The notes beneath the pieces are model-generated. The model saw only the letters and a list, made by a program, of their open reading frames with translations. It was not told where the DNA came from and searched no databases. This document shows, in pieces, positions 28,444-38,725 of a DNA stretch of 64,000 bases. This DNA is from Bacteroidales bacterium (GTDB taxonomy: Bacteria > Bacteroidota > Bacteroidia > Bacteroidales > F082). Numbering within the stretch: the stretch's first letter is position 1; each line of letters begins with the position of its first letter. The position numbers and the translations under genes are program-made. The stretch covers positions 377 through 64,376 of the forward strand of contig JBFFLX010000001.1 in the NCBI GenBank assembly GCA_041554435.1, given 5' to 3'.

Positions 28444-29949
28444 ATGCTGAAAAATCTCCCCAAGGAAATAGTTAAATATTTAGTAGAAGAACTACCTCCG
28501 TTTACAGGTTTGTTACTTGTTAAAACAGATGAGAACGGAATCATAGAAGGTTATTATGGTCAGTATATAGATTATTTTACTGAAGAGCCCAAAGCCGGAA
28601 AAAATATTCATGATTATAGTCCGGCACTTTTTTCAATGATACCCCCTTTGGTTTCTCCTATGGTATTGAATAATATTAAATCTACAACTCAAAATTATGC
28701 GGATATTCATATTATTGAAACTTCAGCCGAGGCTTATTGGGTGATTTTCATGGATCAAACAAATGAAGTTGAAAAAATAAGAGATATATTACAACAAATA
28801 AATTCAAAGAAACTAAAAATTGAATCAGGAAATATAAGCGAAGAAAAGAGTTTGTTTAATGTTTTTGAATATCTTCAACTCAGGGTTATAGGAGATAAAA
28901 TTGCCATTATTGAAAGTCCTGTACCTCTATGGTACAAAAGGTTAAATCACGATTATATTTCTGATGATAATATAGTTTATACTGAACTATTTCCTTATTT
29001 AGAAGTATTTGAGTACGAAGCCAACGATTTTTGGTCAACTATGATTAATGGAAGACTTAAGTCAGGAATATGGACCGAGTCGACTGCCGATGGCAATGAT
29101 ATTACCCTAAATGCTACTGCTATTTATTATAATGGTGAAAAATATCTTTTTATACAAGAAGTTGAAGAGGGTTTAGACGGAACTCAGATGGCATTGCAAA
29201 TGGCAAGAGATCAGAAACTTGCCTATGAAAAACTGGAAAAAGCCGAGAGGAAATTAAAAACTCTTTTAGAATATAAGGATAAGTTTGTGTCGATAGTATC
29301 ACATGATTTGCGCTCTCCGGTAGCAGCAGTTTTAGGCATTGCAGAACTTTTATTAAATGATAAAGAAGAAATAGAAAAACTTTCAGATTTCAATAAGGAT
29401 ATGCTTGTGAGCATCAAAGAAGAAATGCTTCGCTTGCTCGACTATAATGATAAACTCTATCATTGGTCGAACCTTGAATTGGGAAATTTCGAGATTGTTA
29501 AAACTAAGTCTGATTTGCTAAAAATTATTGAAACTGCCAAACGAACGGCTAATCAGAAAATGCAGGCTAAAAATATCAGCTTCTCAACAAATCTGAAGAA
29601 GCCCCTTCACGTAAATGTTGATACAACTTTATTCCTTCAGCTAGTTAATAACCTTATGGCAAATGCCATAAAATTTACACCAGTAAATGGAAATATTTCA
29701 ATTGATGTTAAACATACAAAGAACAATATAGAATTTGCAGTTATTGATTCAGGCGTTGGAATGCCCCAGGAAATATGCAAAAATATTTTCAAAGGCTTTG
29801 CCCGAAACAGTACTGTAGGTACAGGAGGTGAGAAGGGTACCGGATTAGGCTTGGGAATTGTAAAGAAAATAATTGATGCCCATGGATTTCAAATAAAAGT
29901 TGAATCTAAAATAAATGAAGGGAGCCAGTTTATTATATCAATTTCATAA
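28444..29949 (+). CDS. Soluble sensor histidine kinase with an uncharacterised ~250-aa N-terminal region
   Basis: H-box VSHDLRSPVAAVLG, N-box NLMANAIKFT, G-boxes DSGVGM and GTGLGLGIVKK. No TM helices. Starts 2 nt after the GTPase stop. Confidence 0.88.
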   Translation: MLKNLPKEIVKYLVEELPPFTGLLLVKTDENGIIEGYYGQYIDYFTEEPKAGKNIHDYSPALFSMIPPLVSPMVLNNIKSTTQNYADIHIIETSAEAYWVIFMDQTNEVEKIRDILQQINSKKLKIESGNISEEKSLFNVFEYLQLRVIGDKIAIIESPVPLWYKRLNHDYISDDNIVYTELFPYLEVFEYEANDFWSTMINGRLKSGIWTESTADGNDITLNATAIYYNGEKYLFIQEVEEGLDGTQMALQMARDQKLAYEKLEKAERKLKTLLEYKDKFVSIVSHDLRSPVAAVLGIAELLLNDKEEIEKLSDFNKDMLVSIKEEMLRLLDYNDKLYHWSNLELGNFEIVKTKSDLLKIIETAKRTANQKMQAKNISFSTNLKKPLHVNVDTTLFLQLVNNLMANAIKFTPVNGNISIDVKHTKNNIEFAVIDSGVGMPQEICKNIFKGFARNSTVGTGGEKGTGLGLGIVKKIIDAHGFQIKVESKINEGSQFIISIS

Positions 29950-30270
29950 TTCATTAAAATAATAAATCGAACCCATAAAACTTACTTATTAATTATTAAT
30001 ATCAATATTAGGATTTTTTAGGTTAATTAATCATTTTTACTACTTCTAAAGTTTTTTTTTCACAATCAAATTTATTAATTTTGCACCCCTCAAAAACAGG
30101 AATTGTTGTTAATAATTTCACTAATTTTGAGGCTGATACAAAAATTATTTTGGATTTAGAATTTGATATTCAAAATTGTGCTGAGGCAAATTCTGAATAT
30201 AAACTAAATATTCCTTTTAAAGGATTTCCGAAATAATAAAATAGGATTATTAATAAAGAAAAAATACGAT

Positions 30271-32538
30271 ATGGCTTTTGATATTGAAATGATTAAGGCG
30301 CATTATAAGAGAATGCCTGAAAGAGTGGAAGCAGCAAGAAAATTGTTGGCTCGTCCATTAACTTTAACTGAAAAGATTTTATACTCCCACCTTGATGAGG
30401 GAATTGTAAAGCAAGCATATGAGCGTGCAAAGGATTATGTTAACTTTAATCCTGATCGTGTTGCTATGCAGGATGCAACAGCTCAGATGGCACTCCTTCA
30501 GTTTATGCAAGCAGGAAAATCTAAAGTTGCAGTTCCTTCTACTGCTCATGCCGATCATTTAATTCAAGCCAAAGACGGAGCAAAAGCCGACCTGAACAAT
30601 GCAAATATGACCAATAAGGAAGTTTTCGACTTTCTTGCTTCCGTTTCAAGTAAATATGGAATCGGATTTTGGAAACCGGGTGCAGGTATAATTCATCAGG
30701 TGGTACTTGAAAATTATGCGTTTCCTGGTGGAATGATGATAGGTACCGATTCTCATACTGTTAATGCGGGAGGACTGGGTATGATAGCTGTTGGCGTTGG
30801 TGGTGCTGACGCTGTTGATGTTATGGCCGGAATGCCATGGGAATTAAAAATGCCAAAACTTATTGGTGTTAAACTTACCGGTAAACTTAACGGATGGACC
30901 GCTCCCAAAGATATCATTTTAAAAGTGGCCGGAATATTAACAGTTAAAGGAGGTACTGGTGCTGTGGTTGAGTATTTTGGCGATGGTGCTTTAAGCCTAT
31001 CGGCAACAGGTAAAGGAACTATATGTAATATGGGTGCTGAAATAGGTGCTACAACTTCTACTTTCGGTTACGATGAAAGTATGGAACGTTATCTTAATGC
31101 CACCGACAGGCATGACGTTGCTGAGTTGGCAAATGGTGTTGCTGAACATCTTACCGGAGACTCTGAGGTTTATGCAAATCCGGAAAAATATTTTGATGAG
31201 TTAATAGAAATTGATCTTAACACATTAAGTCCTCACCTGAACGGACCTTTTACTCCTGATCGTGCCACAGAAGTTGCTGATATGAAAAAACAAGCAAAAG
31301 AAAATGGATGGCCAATTGACATTGAATGGGCATTAATTGGATCATGTACTAATTCATCCTACGAAGATTTAACCCGTGCTGCGAGTATAGTTAAGGATGC
31401 AAAAGATAAAGGTCTTACTATTAAATCAAACCTTGGAATTAACCCCGGTTCAGAACAAGTTAGATATACTGCTGAACGCGATGGATTAATTGATATCTTC
31501 GATTCTGCGGGAGCAAGAATTTTTACAAATGCCTGTGGACCATGTATAGGGCAATGGGCAAGACCCGGTGCAGAAAAAGAAGAAGTAAACTCAATCGTTC
31601 ACTCCTTCAATCGTAACTTTGCAAAGCGTGCCGACGGTAATCCTAATACCAATGCATTTGTAACTTCCCCTGAAATGGTTGCTGCAATTGCTATAGCCGG
31701 TCGTCTTGATTTTAATCCATTGACTGATAAGTTGGTGAACGATAAAGGTGAAGAAGTAATGCTGGCCGAACCAAAAGGTATTGAACTTCCTCCTTTGGGC
31801 TTCGATGTAAAAGATAATGGATATCAACCACCTGCTGAAGATGGATCTGATATTGAAGTTGTTGTAAAGCCAGACTCAAACAGGCTCCAACTGCTCGAAC
31901 CATTTAAACCCTGGGATGGTAATGATATTAAAGGCATGAAGTTGCTTATTAAAGCAAAAGGAAAATGTACTACCGACCATATTTCCATGGCAGGACCATG
32001 GCTGAGGTTCAGAGGTCATCTCGAAAATATAAGTCAGAATTTACTAATTGGAGCCATTAATTACTTTAATGATGAGTCAAATTCTGTAAAGAACCAACTT
32101 ACAGGTGAATATATTGAAGTTCCTGCCGCTGCCGCTGCTTATAAGCAAGCTGGTATGGGTTCAATAATTGTGGGTGATGAAAATTATGGTGAAGGTTCTT
32201 CAAGAGAACATGCGGCCATGGAACCTCGTTTCCTTGGTGTTAAGGCAGTTATTGTTAGATCTTATGCTCGTATTCATGAAACCAACCTTAAAAAACAAGG
32301 TGTGCTGGCATTAACTTTTGCCAACAAAGAAGATTATGATAAAGTATTGGAAGACGATTCTATCGATATAGTAGGTTTAGAAAACTTTGCTCCGGGCGAA
32401 TCTTTGAAACTTGTTCTGAATCATAAAGATGGAAGCAAAGACGAGATAATGGCAAACCATACTTATAATGCCAGTCAGGTTGATTGGTATAAGGCCGGTA
32501 GTGCTCTTAATTTGATAAAAATAAATAACGCTGTTTGA
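30271..32538 (+). CDS. acn: Aconitate hydratase (mitochondrial-type, 755 aa)
   Basis: Fe-S ligand contexts [14 protein letters not shown] and [10 protein letters not shown], plus the swivel domain [14 protein letters not shown]. Confidence 0.95.
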   Translation: MAFDIEMIKAHYKRMPERVEAARKLLARPLTLTEKILYSHLDEGIVKQAYERAKDYVNFNPDRVAMQDATAQMALLQFMQAGKSKVAVPSTAHADHLIQAKDGAKADLNNANMTNKEVFDFLASVSSKYGIGFWKPGAGIIHQVVLENYAFPGGMMIGTDSHTVNAGGLGMIAVGVGGADAVDVMAGMPWELKMPKLIGVKLTGKLNGWTAPKDIILKVAGILTVKGGTGAVVEYFGDGALSLSATGKGTICNMGAEIGATTSTFGYDESMERYLNATDRHDVAELANGVAEHLTGDSEVYANPEKYFDELIEIDLNTLSPHLNGPFTPDRATEVADMKKQAKENGWPIDIEWALIGSCTNSSYEDLTRAASIVKDAKDKGLTIKSNLGINPGSEQVRYTAERDGLIDIFDSAGARIFTNACGPCIGQWARPGAEKEEVNSIVHSFNRNFAKRADGNPNTNAFVTSPEMVAAIAIAGRLDFNPLTDKLVNDKGEEVMLAEPKGIELPPLGFDVKDNGYQPPAEDGSDIEVVVKPDSNRLQLLEPFKPWDGNDIKGMKLLIKAKGKCTTDHISMAGPWLRFRGHLENISQNLLIGAINYFNDESNSVKNQLTGEYIEVPAAAAAYKQAGMGSIIVGDENYGEGSSREHAAMEPRFLGVKAVIVRSYARIHETNLKKQGVLALTFANKEDYDKVLEDDSIDIVGLENFAPGESLKLVLNHKDGSKDEIMANHTYNASQVDWYKAGSALNLIKINNAV

Positions 32539-32554
32539 TAAAATAGTCACTAAA

Positions 32555-32597
32555 GCAAACTTCTTATTGTATGATTTATAAGGAGTTTGCTTTTTTT
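32555..32597 (+). terminator. Rho-independent terminator after the aconitase gene
   Basis: gcaaacttctta ... taaggagtttgc (12-bp stem with one mismatch) followed by ttttttt. Confidence 0.65.
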
Positions 32598-32692
32598 ATG
32601 TCTATATTTTTTTAAAAAACCCCTCTTGTTTGTGTATGAATTGATAAAAACAAACTAAGTTTGTTGTTTATTTCAAACGAAATTAAATTGTT

Positions 32693-33409
32693 ATGAAAAG
32701 ATTCATATACTTTTTTGCTGTAATTATTTCAACTTCCATATTGTTTTCTTCATGCCAACCATGTATCGATGGAATGGGTCCTGTTACCAAAGAAACAATT
32801 GAATTTAAAAAGTTTAGTAAACTGGATTTGCGGATACCAGCGAAACTAACCATAAAACTTGGAAATGATCATGTAGCAACTATTTCTTCCAACGATAATA
32901 TTTTGAAAAATATAAGAGCAAAAGTGAAAGGAAAAACTCTTGTTATTGGTTCAAAAAATTGTATTTCCAGCGCTGATGAACTGAAAATTGAATTGATAGT
33001 TAATAGTTTAGATGAAATAACTCTAAATGGTTCAGGCAGTATTAAATCGGTTTCTCAGCTTAATGCTGATGATATGGAATTGCAAATAAATGGTTCAGGT
33101 AATATTCTTACTGAAGTTTTTGCAACTGATTTGAAAGCAACAATAAATGGCTCAGGAAACATAATAATCAATGGAACTGTGAAAGACGCCGATATAGAAA
33201 TAAACGGTTCCGGCGATTTTAAAGGGATTGCTTTAGATGCATTTACATCCGATATTGAAGTTAATGGATCCGGTGATGTACGTCTTAATGTAAAAAATGA
33301 TTTATCAGTTAAAATCAAGGGTAGCGGCTCAGTTTACTATCTTGGTGAACCAAAAATAAGAACAAAAATTGACGGGAGCGGAGAGGTTAAAAAATTAAAC
33401 AGCAAGTGA
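32693..33409 (+). CDS. DUF2807 (head GIN domain) lipoprotein
   Basis: Lipobox LFSSC and seven (I/L)xGSG(D/N/S) beta-helix-type repeats. Confidence 0.75.
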   Translation: MKRFIYFFAVIISTSILFSSCQPCIDGMGPVTKETIEFKKFSKLDLRIPAKLTIKLGNDHVATISSNDNILKNIRAKVKGKTLVIGSKNCISSADELKIELIVNSLDEITLNGSGSIKSVSQLNADDMELQINGSGNILTEVFATDLKATINGSGNIIINGTVKDADIEINGSGDFKGIALDAFTSDIEVNGSGDVRLNVKNDLSVKIKGSGSVYYLGEPKIRTKIDGSGEVKKLNSK

Positions 33410-33505
33410 TTTTATTATTTTTGTGAATTATTTATTAAAAACTAAATTCAAAATAATAAATGTCGATGGGCTGCGTTATTTGGGAAACTTATTAAAAATC
33501 AACAA

Positions 33506-34552
33506 GTGAATAAACGACCACTACTTTTAGTTTACATCATATTATTATTAGTTGGCAACGTTTCTGCTCAAATAGGCGGTAATTATGCATATCCTTTTTT
33601 GGAAAAACCGGTTTCGGCCCGTGTAGCGGCTTTGGGAACAAATTTCTCTTCAATAGATGATAATGATATAAATCTTGGCTTTGTAAATCCATCTCTTATA
33701 AATAGCAATATGAATAATGCTATTTCTTTGGCTTATGTGAATTTCTTTTCCGAGATAAATTATGGTTTTGCCCAATATGGAAGAAGCTTTAAAAAGGCCG
33801 GAAACTTTATTGGTACATTACAATATTACGATTATGGTACTTTCGATTATGCCGACGAAGGAGGAACTCAGGGAGGTACTTTTGGGGCACAGGACTTTGC
33901 CTTTAATCTGGGATGGGGAAGACAACTGGATTCTAACTTTTCCATAGGTGCCACCGCAAAAATTATTTACTCATATTACGAATCCTATAATTCGTTCGGA
34001 CTTGCCGTTGATGTTGCAGGTAGTTATAGATCCAATAATGACTGGATGATGTCGTTGATTGCCAGTAATATAGGTATGCAGATGAAAACCTATGTTCCCG
34101 GAAGCAGAGATCCATTACCATTTAATATGCAGTTTGCTATCGCTAAAAGATTAGAACATGTACCTTTTATGTTCACATTAGTTTATGATCATATTGAGAA
34201 ATGGGACCTTACTTACGAAGATCCGAATAATCCTTCAGGTACTGTGGATCCAATTACCGGGGAAGTAACACCCAAATCAGGGTTCACAAAATTTGGTGAC
34301 CAGTTATTGCGACATTTTATTGTTGGCGGTGAAATTTATATTGGAAAAAATATAGTTCTGAGAGGTAGTTATAATTATCGTCGTCGTGCCGAACTTAAAG
34401 TGGAAGATAAGTTGGGTATGGTTGGCTTTAGCTGGGGAGTGGGGATTAGAATTTCAAAATTCAAAATTAATTACTCACGATCTACTTACCACCTGGTTGG
34501 ATCACCAAACTATTTGACTTTGGCTTTTAACCTGGATTCATTCCGAAAATAA
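33506..34552 (+). CDS. porQ: Type IX secretion system outer-membrane protein PorQ
   Basis: Signal peptide, then GGNYAYPFLEKPVSARVAALG...DDNDINLGFVNPSLIN, which I recognise as the PorQ family N-terminus. 348-aa beta-barrel. Confidence 0.7.
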   Translation: MNKRPLLLVYIILLLVGNVSAQIGGNYAYPFLEKPVSARVAALGTNFSSIDDNDINLGFVNPSLINSNMNNAISLAYVNFFSEINYGFAQYGRSFKKAGNFIGTLQYYDYGTFDYADEGGTQGGTFGAQDFAFNLGWGRQLDSNFSIGATAKIIYSYYESYNSFGLAVDVAGSYRSNNDWMMSLIASNIGMQMKTYVPGSRDPLPFNMQFAIAKRLEHVPFMFTLVYDHIEKWDLTYEDPNNPSGTVDPITGEVTPKSGFTKFGDQLLRHFIVGGEIYIGKNIVLRGSYNYRRRAELKVEDKLGMVGFSWGVGIRISKFKINYSRSTYHLVGSPNYLTLAFNLDSFRK

Positions 34553-34642
34553 TATCAAAATTTAATTGAATTATATTGCATTTATAAAAATGTAATGTGT
34601 GCGTATTATATCTTTAGTAATTTTACATTTCAATTTCAGAAA

Positions 34643-35509
34643 ATGAATATTACCATTGATACTGATGCAGGTTTTTGTTTTGGAGTTAGAAATTCTATTT
34701 CTACTGCCGAAGAACTGGTGTCTGGTGGTAAAAGCATAAAATGTTTGGGCAATTTGGTGCATAATGAAAAAGAAATATCACGTCTTGAGTCACTTGGCCT
34801 GGAGGTTATCGACTTTGAGCAGTTTAAAAAACTGAAAAATGAAACCGTACTATTACGAGCACATGGTGAAATTCCTGAAACTTATGAAATAGCAAAACAT
34901 AATAATATAAAACTCATCGATACTACATGTCCCATCGTTTCATCTTTGCAGAAAAAGGTATTTTGCTCATGGGAAGAGGTTGCGGAAAAAGGTGGACAAA
35001 TAGTTATTTTTGGTAAAGAAAATCATCCCGAGGTAAAAGGTCTTAATGGCCAAACAGGCAAAACTGCTATTATTATTGAAGATAAAAATGATCTTTCAAA
35101 AATTGATTTCTCAAGGTCAATTCATCTTTTTTCTCAAACAACTAACAATAGGAACGCATTCGACGAAATAAAAGATATAATTCGTGCAAGGGCTGAGAAA
35201 AATTCTGTTAAACTCTTTATAAACAGTAGTATCTGCAAACAGGTTTTAAATCGTGAAGATTCAATAATAAATCTGGCTAAAACCAATGATGTTGTTATTT
35301 TTGTTGCCGGTAAACATAGTTCCAACGGTAAAACTTTGTTTGAAATTTGTAAGAAAAATAATACAAACTCACATTACATAAGTTCTGTAAATGAACTTGA
35401 AGAAGGATGGTTTGAAAATTATAAAAGCGTTGCCATAAGTGGAAGTACATCCAGCCCGCTTTGGCTGTTGGAAGAGGTGAAAGAAGAGATTTTAAAAATA
35501 TGTATTTAA
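34643..35509 (+). CDS. ispH: 4-hydroxy-3-methylbut-2-enyl diphosphate reductase
   Basis: GFCFGV, TTCPIV and HSSNGKTL motifs. I prefer the ATG at 34643 over the track's GTG at 34595. Confidence 0.9.
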   Translation: MNITIDTDAGFCFGVRNSISTAEELVSGGKSIKCLGNLVHNEKEISRLESLGLEVIDFEQFKKLKNETVLLRAHGEIPETYEIAKHNNIKLIDTTCPIVSSLQKKVFCSWEEVAEKGGQIVIFGKENHPEVKGLNGQTGKTAIIIEDKNDLSKIDFSRSIHLFSQTTNNRNAFDEIKDIIRARAEKNSVKLFINSSICKQVLNREDSIINLAKTNDVVIFVAGKHSSNGKTLFEICKKNNTNSHYISSVNELEEGWFENYKSVAISGSTSSPLWLLEEVKEEILKICI

Positions 35510-36609
35510 AGAAATTAAAATTAACTAATTTTAAAAATTGTAGTTCGGCTGACATTGATTTCAGTGCCAAAATCAACTGTTTCATAGGTGATAACGGCGC
35601 CGGAAAAACAAATATACTGGATGCAATTTATTATCTCTCTTTTTGCAAAAGTTATTTCAATTCTATTGATAATCAGAATATTAAACATGAAGAGGATTTC
35701 TTTGCCATACATGGAGAATATTTTAATGAGGATGAAACAAACGACCTTATAAGTTGTGTTCAGAAAAGGTCAAAAAAGAAATCTTTTAAAAAGAATAAAA
35801 AGGAGTACGATCGACTGGCCGACCACATTGGATTACTGCCACTGGTAATGATTTCACCTTACGACAGAGATTTAATAAATGATGGTAGTGAGTTGAGACG
35901 AAAATATATTGATGGTGTAATTTCTCAGTTTGATAATATTTATCTGAAAAGTCTGTTGGCATATAATAAAACTCTTCTTCAAAGAAATACTCTTTTAAAG
36001 CAGTTTGCTGAGAGACATTTTTTCGACAAAACTTCTCTTCAGATTTGGGATGAGAAATTATGTGAATTGGGAATTATTATTCATGAAAAAAGGCGAGACT
36101 TTTTGAAGGAATTTAATCCTCTATTTGAGTCGTATTATCAATATTTATCGCAAGGCAGTGAAAATGTGGAAATAGCATACGACTCTCAACTGCTGGAAAA
36201 ACCCATGAAAATTCTCCTTGAAGAAAATATAGAAAAAGACAGAATTGTAAAATATACCACACAGGGCATTCATAAGGATGATTTAATACTGAATATCAAC
36301 GGATTCCCCGTAAAAAAATATGGTTCACAAGGGCAGCAAAAGTCATTTGTAATTGCCATAAAACTGGCTCAGTTCGAATATACCCGATTAAAGAAAAAGT
36401 TTAAACCCATTCTTCTGTTCGATGATATTTTTGATAAACTTGATGATAAAAGAGTGCAACAAATAATCCATCTGGTGAATGAAAATAATTTCGGACAAGT
36501 GTTTATTACCGATACACAAAAACAAAGAATAGCGCATTTATTTCAAGAAGCTGATATCGATCATTTAATATTTTCTGTTAATTCGGGAGATGTAGAAAAG
36601 GAAGAATAA
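35500..36609 (+). CDS. recF: DNA replication and repair protein RecF
   Basis: MYLKKLKLTNFKN, Walker A GDNGAGKTNILDAIYYL, signature SQGQQKS and LLFDDIFDKLD. The ATG at 35500 overlaps the ispH end by 10 nt. Confidence 0.92.
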   Translation: MYLKKLKLTNFKNCSSADIDFSAKINCFIGDNGAGKTNILDAIYYLSFCKSYFNSIDNQNIKHEEDFFAIHGEYFNEDETNDLISCVQKRSKKKSFKKNKKEYDRLADHIGLLPLVMISPYDRDLINDGSELRRKYIDGVISQFDNIYLKSLLAYNKTLLQRNTLLKQFAERHFFDKTSLQIWDEKLCELGIIIHEKRRDFLKEFNPLFESYYQYLSQGSENVEIAYDSQLLEKPMKILLEENIEKDRIVKYTTQGIHKDDLILNINGFPVKKYGSQGQQKSFVIAIKLAQFEYTRLKKKFKPILLFDDIFDKLDDKRVQQIIHLVNENNFGQVFITDTQKQRIAHLFQEADIDHLIFSVNSGDVEKEE

Positions 36610-36899
36610 TGAAGAAGGAAAATACTTACGAACTGAAGGAACTACTTGAAAAATTAGTAAAAGCTTATCGATGGAGTGGTAAGATGGATGAAATGAAGGT
36701 AAGAGATTCATGGGAGAAAGTTGTGGGGAAAATGATAGACAGGCATACAACAGAAGTACATCTCAAAGGGACAACACTTTTCGTTAGACTTGATTCCTCG
36801 GCACTTAGAAATGAATTAATGATGGCTCGTTCGAAAATTGCAGAATCCATAAACAAAGAGATTGGCAAAAAAGTTATTGACGATATTATTTTTAGATAA
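36609..36899 (+). CDS. DUF721 (DciA-like) domain protein
   Basis: 96 aa, with WEKVVG...GTTLFVRLDSSALRNELMM typical of DUF721. A TAATG overlap joins it to recF. Confidence 0.75.
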   Translation: MKKENTYELKELLEKLVKAYRWSGKMDEMKVRDSWEKVVGKMIDRHTTEVHLKGTTLFVRLDSSALRNELMMARSKIAESINKEIGKKVIDDIIFR

Positions 36900-36989
36900 T
36901 TCACTTTACTCAAATTGGTGTTAATAAATTATTTCTCTTTTGTTGTCATATTAATTAAATTTGCCTGAAAGGGAAAGTACAAAAACTAT

Positions 36990-38642
36990 ATGTTAAAGTC
37001 TTTATATATAAAGAATTATGCTCTGATAGAAAGTCTGGAAATTAATTTCCAAAGTGGATTTTCTGCTATCACTGGAGAAACTGGTGCAGGTAAATCGATT
37101 CTGTTAGGCGCTCTTTCATTAATTTTGGGAAAGCGGGCTGATAGTTCTAATTTATTTGATGAATCCACAAAATGTATAGTTGAAGGCTCCTTCGATCTGA
37201 GTCATCTGAACTTGAATGATTTTTTCCCCCGGAATGATATTGATTATGAAGATTTAAGTATTTTAAGAAGAGAAATTCTTCCCAACGGAAAATCCCGGGC
37301 TTTTATTAATGATACTCCCGTAAACCTGAACCTGATGAGGGACCTGGCAAGTCAGTTGGTTGATATACACTCACAACACGAAACTTTGAAAATGGGATTG
37401 TCGGAGTTTCAAATGGAAGTAGTTGATAAATATGGAACTGATGAGAAACTGTTAAATAATTATAGGGAAAATTATACAAAGTTTAAAGTAGACACTAAAA
37501 AACTCGAAAGTCTTAAACAAGCCAATGAAAAGGCTAAACGCGATGAAGATTATTTTCGCTTTCAGTTAAATGAGTTGGATGCTATCAATATTAATGAAGC
37601 CGAGTTTGAGGAATTAATAGAGCGAGCCAATTATTTAGCTCATGCTGAAGAGGTTCAGCAAATAACCGAAAAGTCGGCTCACCTGTTAATCGAAAATGAC
37701 GAATCCCTCTTCGATAAAATTTCAGAAATAACTGATGATTTTTCCAGTATATCAGAATTTCATAAACAGTTTAAAGATATTTATGAGAGACTTAAGTCTT
37801 TAAAAATTGAAGTAAAAGATATTGCTGAGGAGATAGAAGGTCTGAATGTTGAGTCTGACAACGAAAATTCAAGTCTCGAACAAATAAATGAAAAGTTAAG
37901 TATTATTTACAGCCTGCAGCAAAAGCACAATGCTAAAACCATTGGAGGATTAATTGAGTTAAGGAATGATTTTGAAGCCAAACTTGAAAATATATCGGGA
38001 CTGGAAGATCAAATTGCAGAACTTGAAGGGAGTTTAACAAAACAGAAAAGTGAGTTATTGAAATTGGCCAATGAACTGACATCTGTCCGGAAAAAAAGTT
38101 CTCTTGAATTAACAAACTCTATTCGAAAAAAACTAAGCAAACTGGGTATGCCCGATGCTGAATTTGAGGTGAGTTTTTCTAAATTAAACGATTTTGCTGC
38201 CTCCGGTCTTGACAAAATCGACTTTTTGTTCAGTGCTAATAAGGGAAGTAAATTGGCAGAGATTTCTAAAATTGCATCGGGGGGTGAACTTTCGCGTTTG
38301 ATGCTGGCCGTCAAGTCATTAATTACCAGCAGAAAACTTTTGCCAACCATAATCTTCGATGAAATTGATAACGGAGTTTCTGGTGACATAGCAGGTAAAG
38401 TTGGTAATATGCTAAGACAGATGTCTGAAAATCACCAGATTATTGCAATAACCCATCTCCCGCAAATCGCTTCAAAAGCAAACTCACATTATTTTGTTTT
38501 TAAAGAAAATAAAAATGGCAGAACTACCTCATCGATAAATTTACTCACCACAGAGCAAAGGGTAGAAGAGGTTGCAAAAATGCTTAGCGATGAGAAAGTT
38601 AGTGATGCTGCGAGGGAGGCGGCAGTGGATTTGCTTTCATAA
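36990..38642 (+). CDS. recN: DNA repair protein RecN
   Basis: Walker A GETGAGKSILLGAL, long coiled coil, signature ASGGELSRLMLA and Walker B IIFDEID. Confidence 0.95.
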   Translation: MLKSLYIKNYALIESLEINFQSGFSAITGETGAGKSILLGALSLILGKRADSSNLFDESTKCIVEGSFDLSHLNLNDFFPRNDIDYEDLSILRREILPNGKSRAFINDTPVNLNLMRDLASQLVDIHSQHETLKMGLSEFQMEVVDKYGTDEKLLNNYRENYTKFKVDTKKLESLKQANEKAKRDEDYFRFQLNELDAININEAEFEELIERANYLAHAEEVQQITEKSAHLLIENDESLFDKISEITDDFSSISEFHKQFKDIYERLKSLKIEVKDIAEEIEGLNVESDNENSSLEQINEKLSIIYSLQQKHNAKTIGGLIELRNDFEAKLENISGLEDQIAELEGSLTKQKSELLKLANELTSVRKKSSLELTNSIRKKLSKLGMPDAEFEVSFSKLNDFAASGLDKIDFLFSANKGSKLAEISKIASGGELSRLMLAVKSLITSRKLLPTIIFDEIDNGVSGDIAGKVGNMLRQMSENHQIIAITHLPQIASKANSHYFVFKENKNGRTTSSINLLTTEQRVEEVAKMLSDEKVSDAAREAAVDLLS

Positions 38643-38725
38643 TTGCCATTATTTAATGCATGCATAATACAAACTTATAAAATAGTTTATCTTTGTCTCT
38701 TTAAAATGAATCTAAATAGAGCAAA

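Noticed and set aside
30076-30129. Two TAATTTTG strings (30076-30083 and 30122-30129) matching the Bacteroidetes -7 promoter consensus TAnnTTTG upstream of the aconitase gene
   Set aside because: The motif is short and expected by chance in AT-rich intergenic DNA. I could not identify a convincing, properly spaced -33 TTTG, so no promoter is reported as a feature.
33040-33400. Periodic DNA repeat (aatggttcaggn... recurring about every 66-75 nt)
   Set aside because: It reflects the protein-level (I/L)NGSG beta-helix repeats of the DUF2807 lipoprotein. The copies are diverged at the nucleotide level, so this is neither a CRISPR array nor a mobile repeat.
38009-38389. 126-aa ORF antisense to recN, with similar antisense ORFs at 20868-21185, 15439-15738, 48261-48560, 35295-35585 and elsewhere in the track
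   Set aside because: All are embedded in or overlap strongly supported genes on the opposite strand or in another frame. They have no motifs and are best explained as shadow ORFs.
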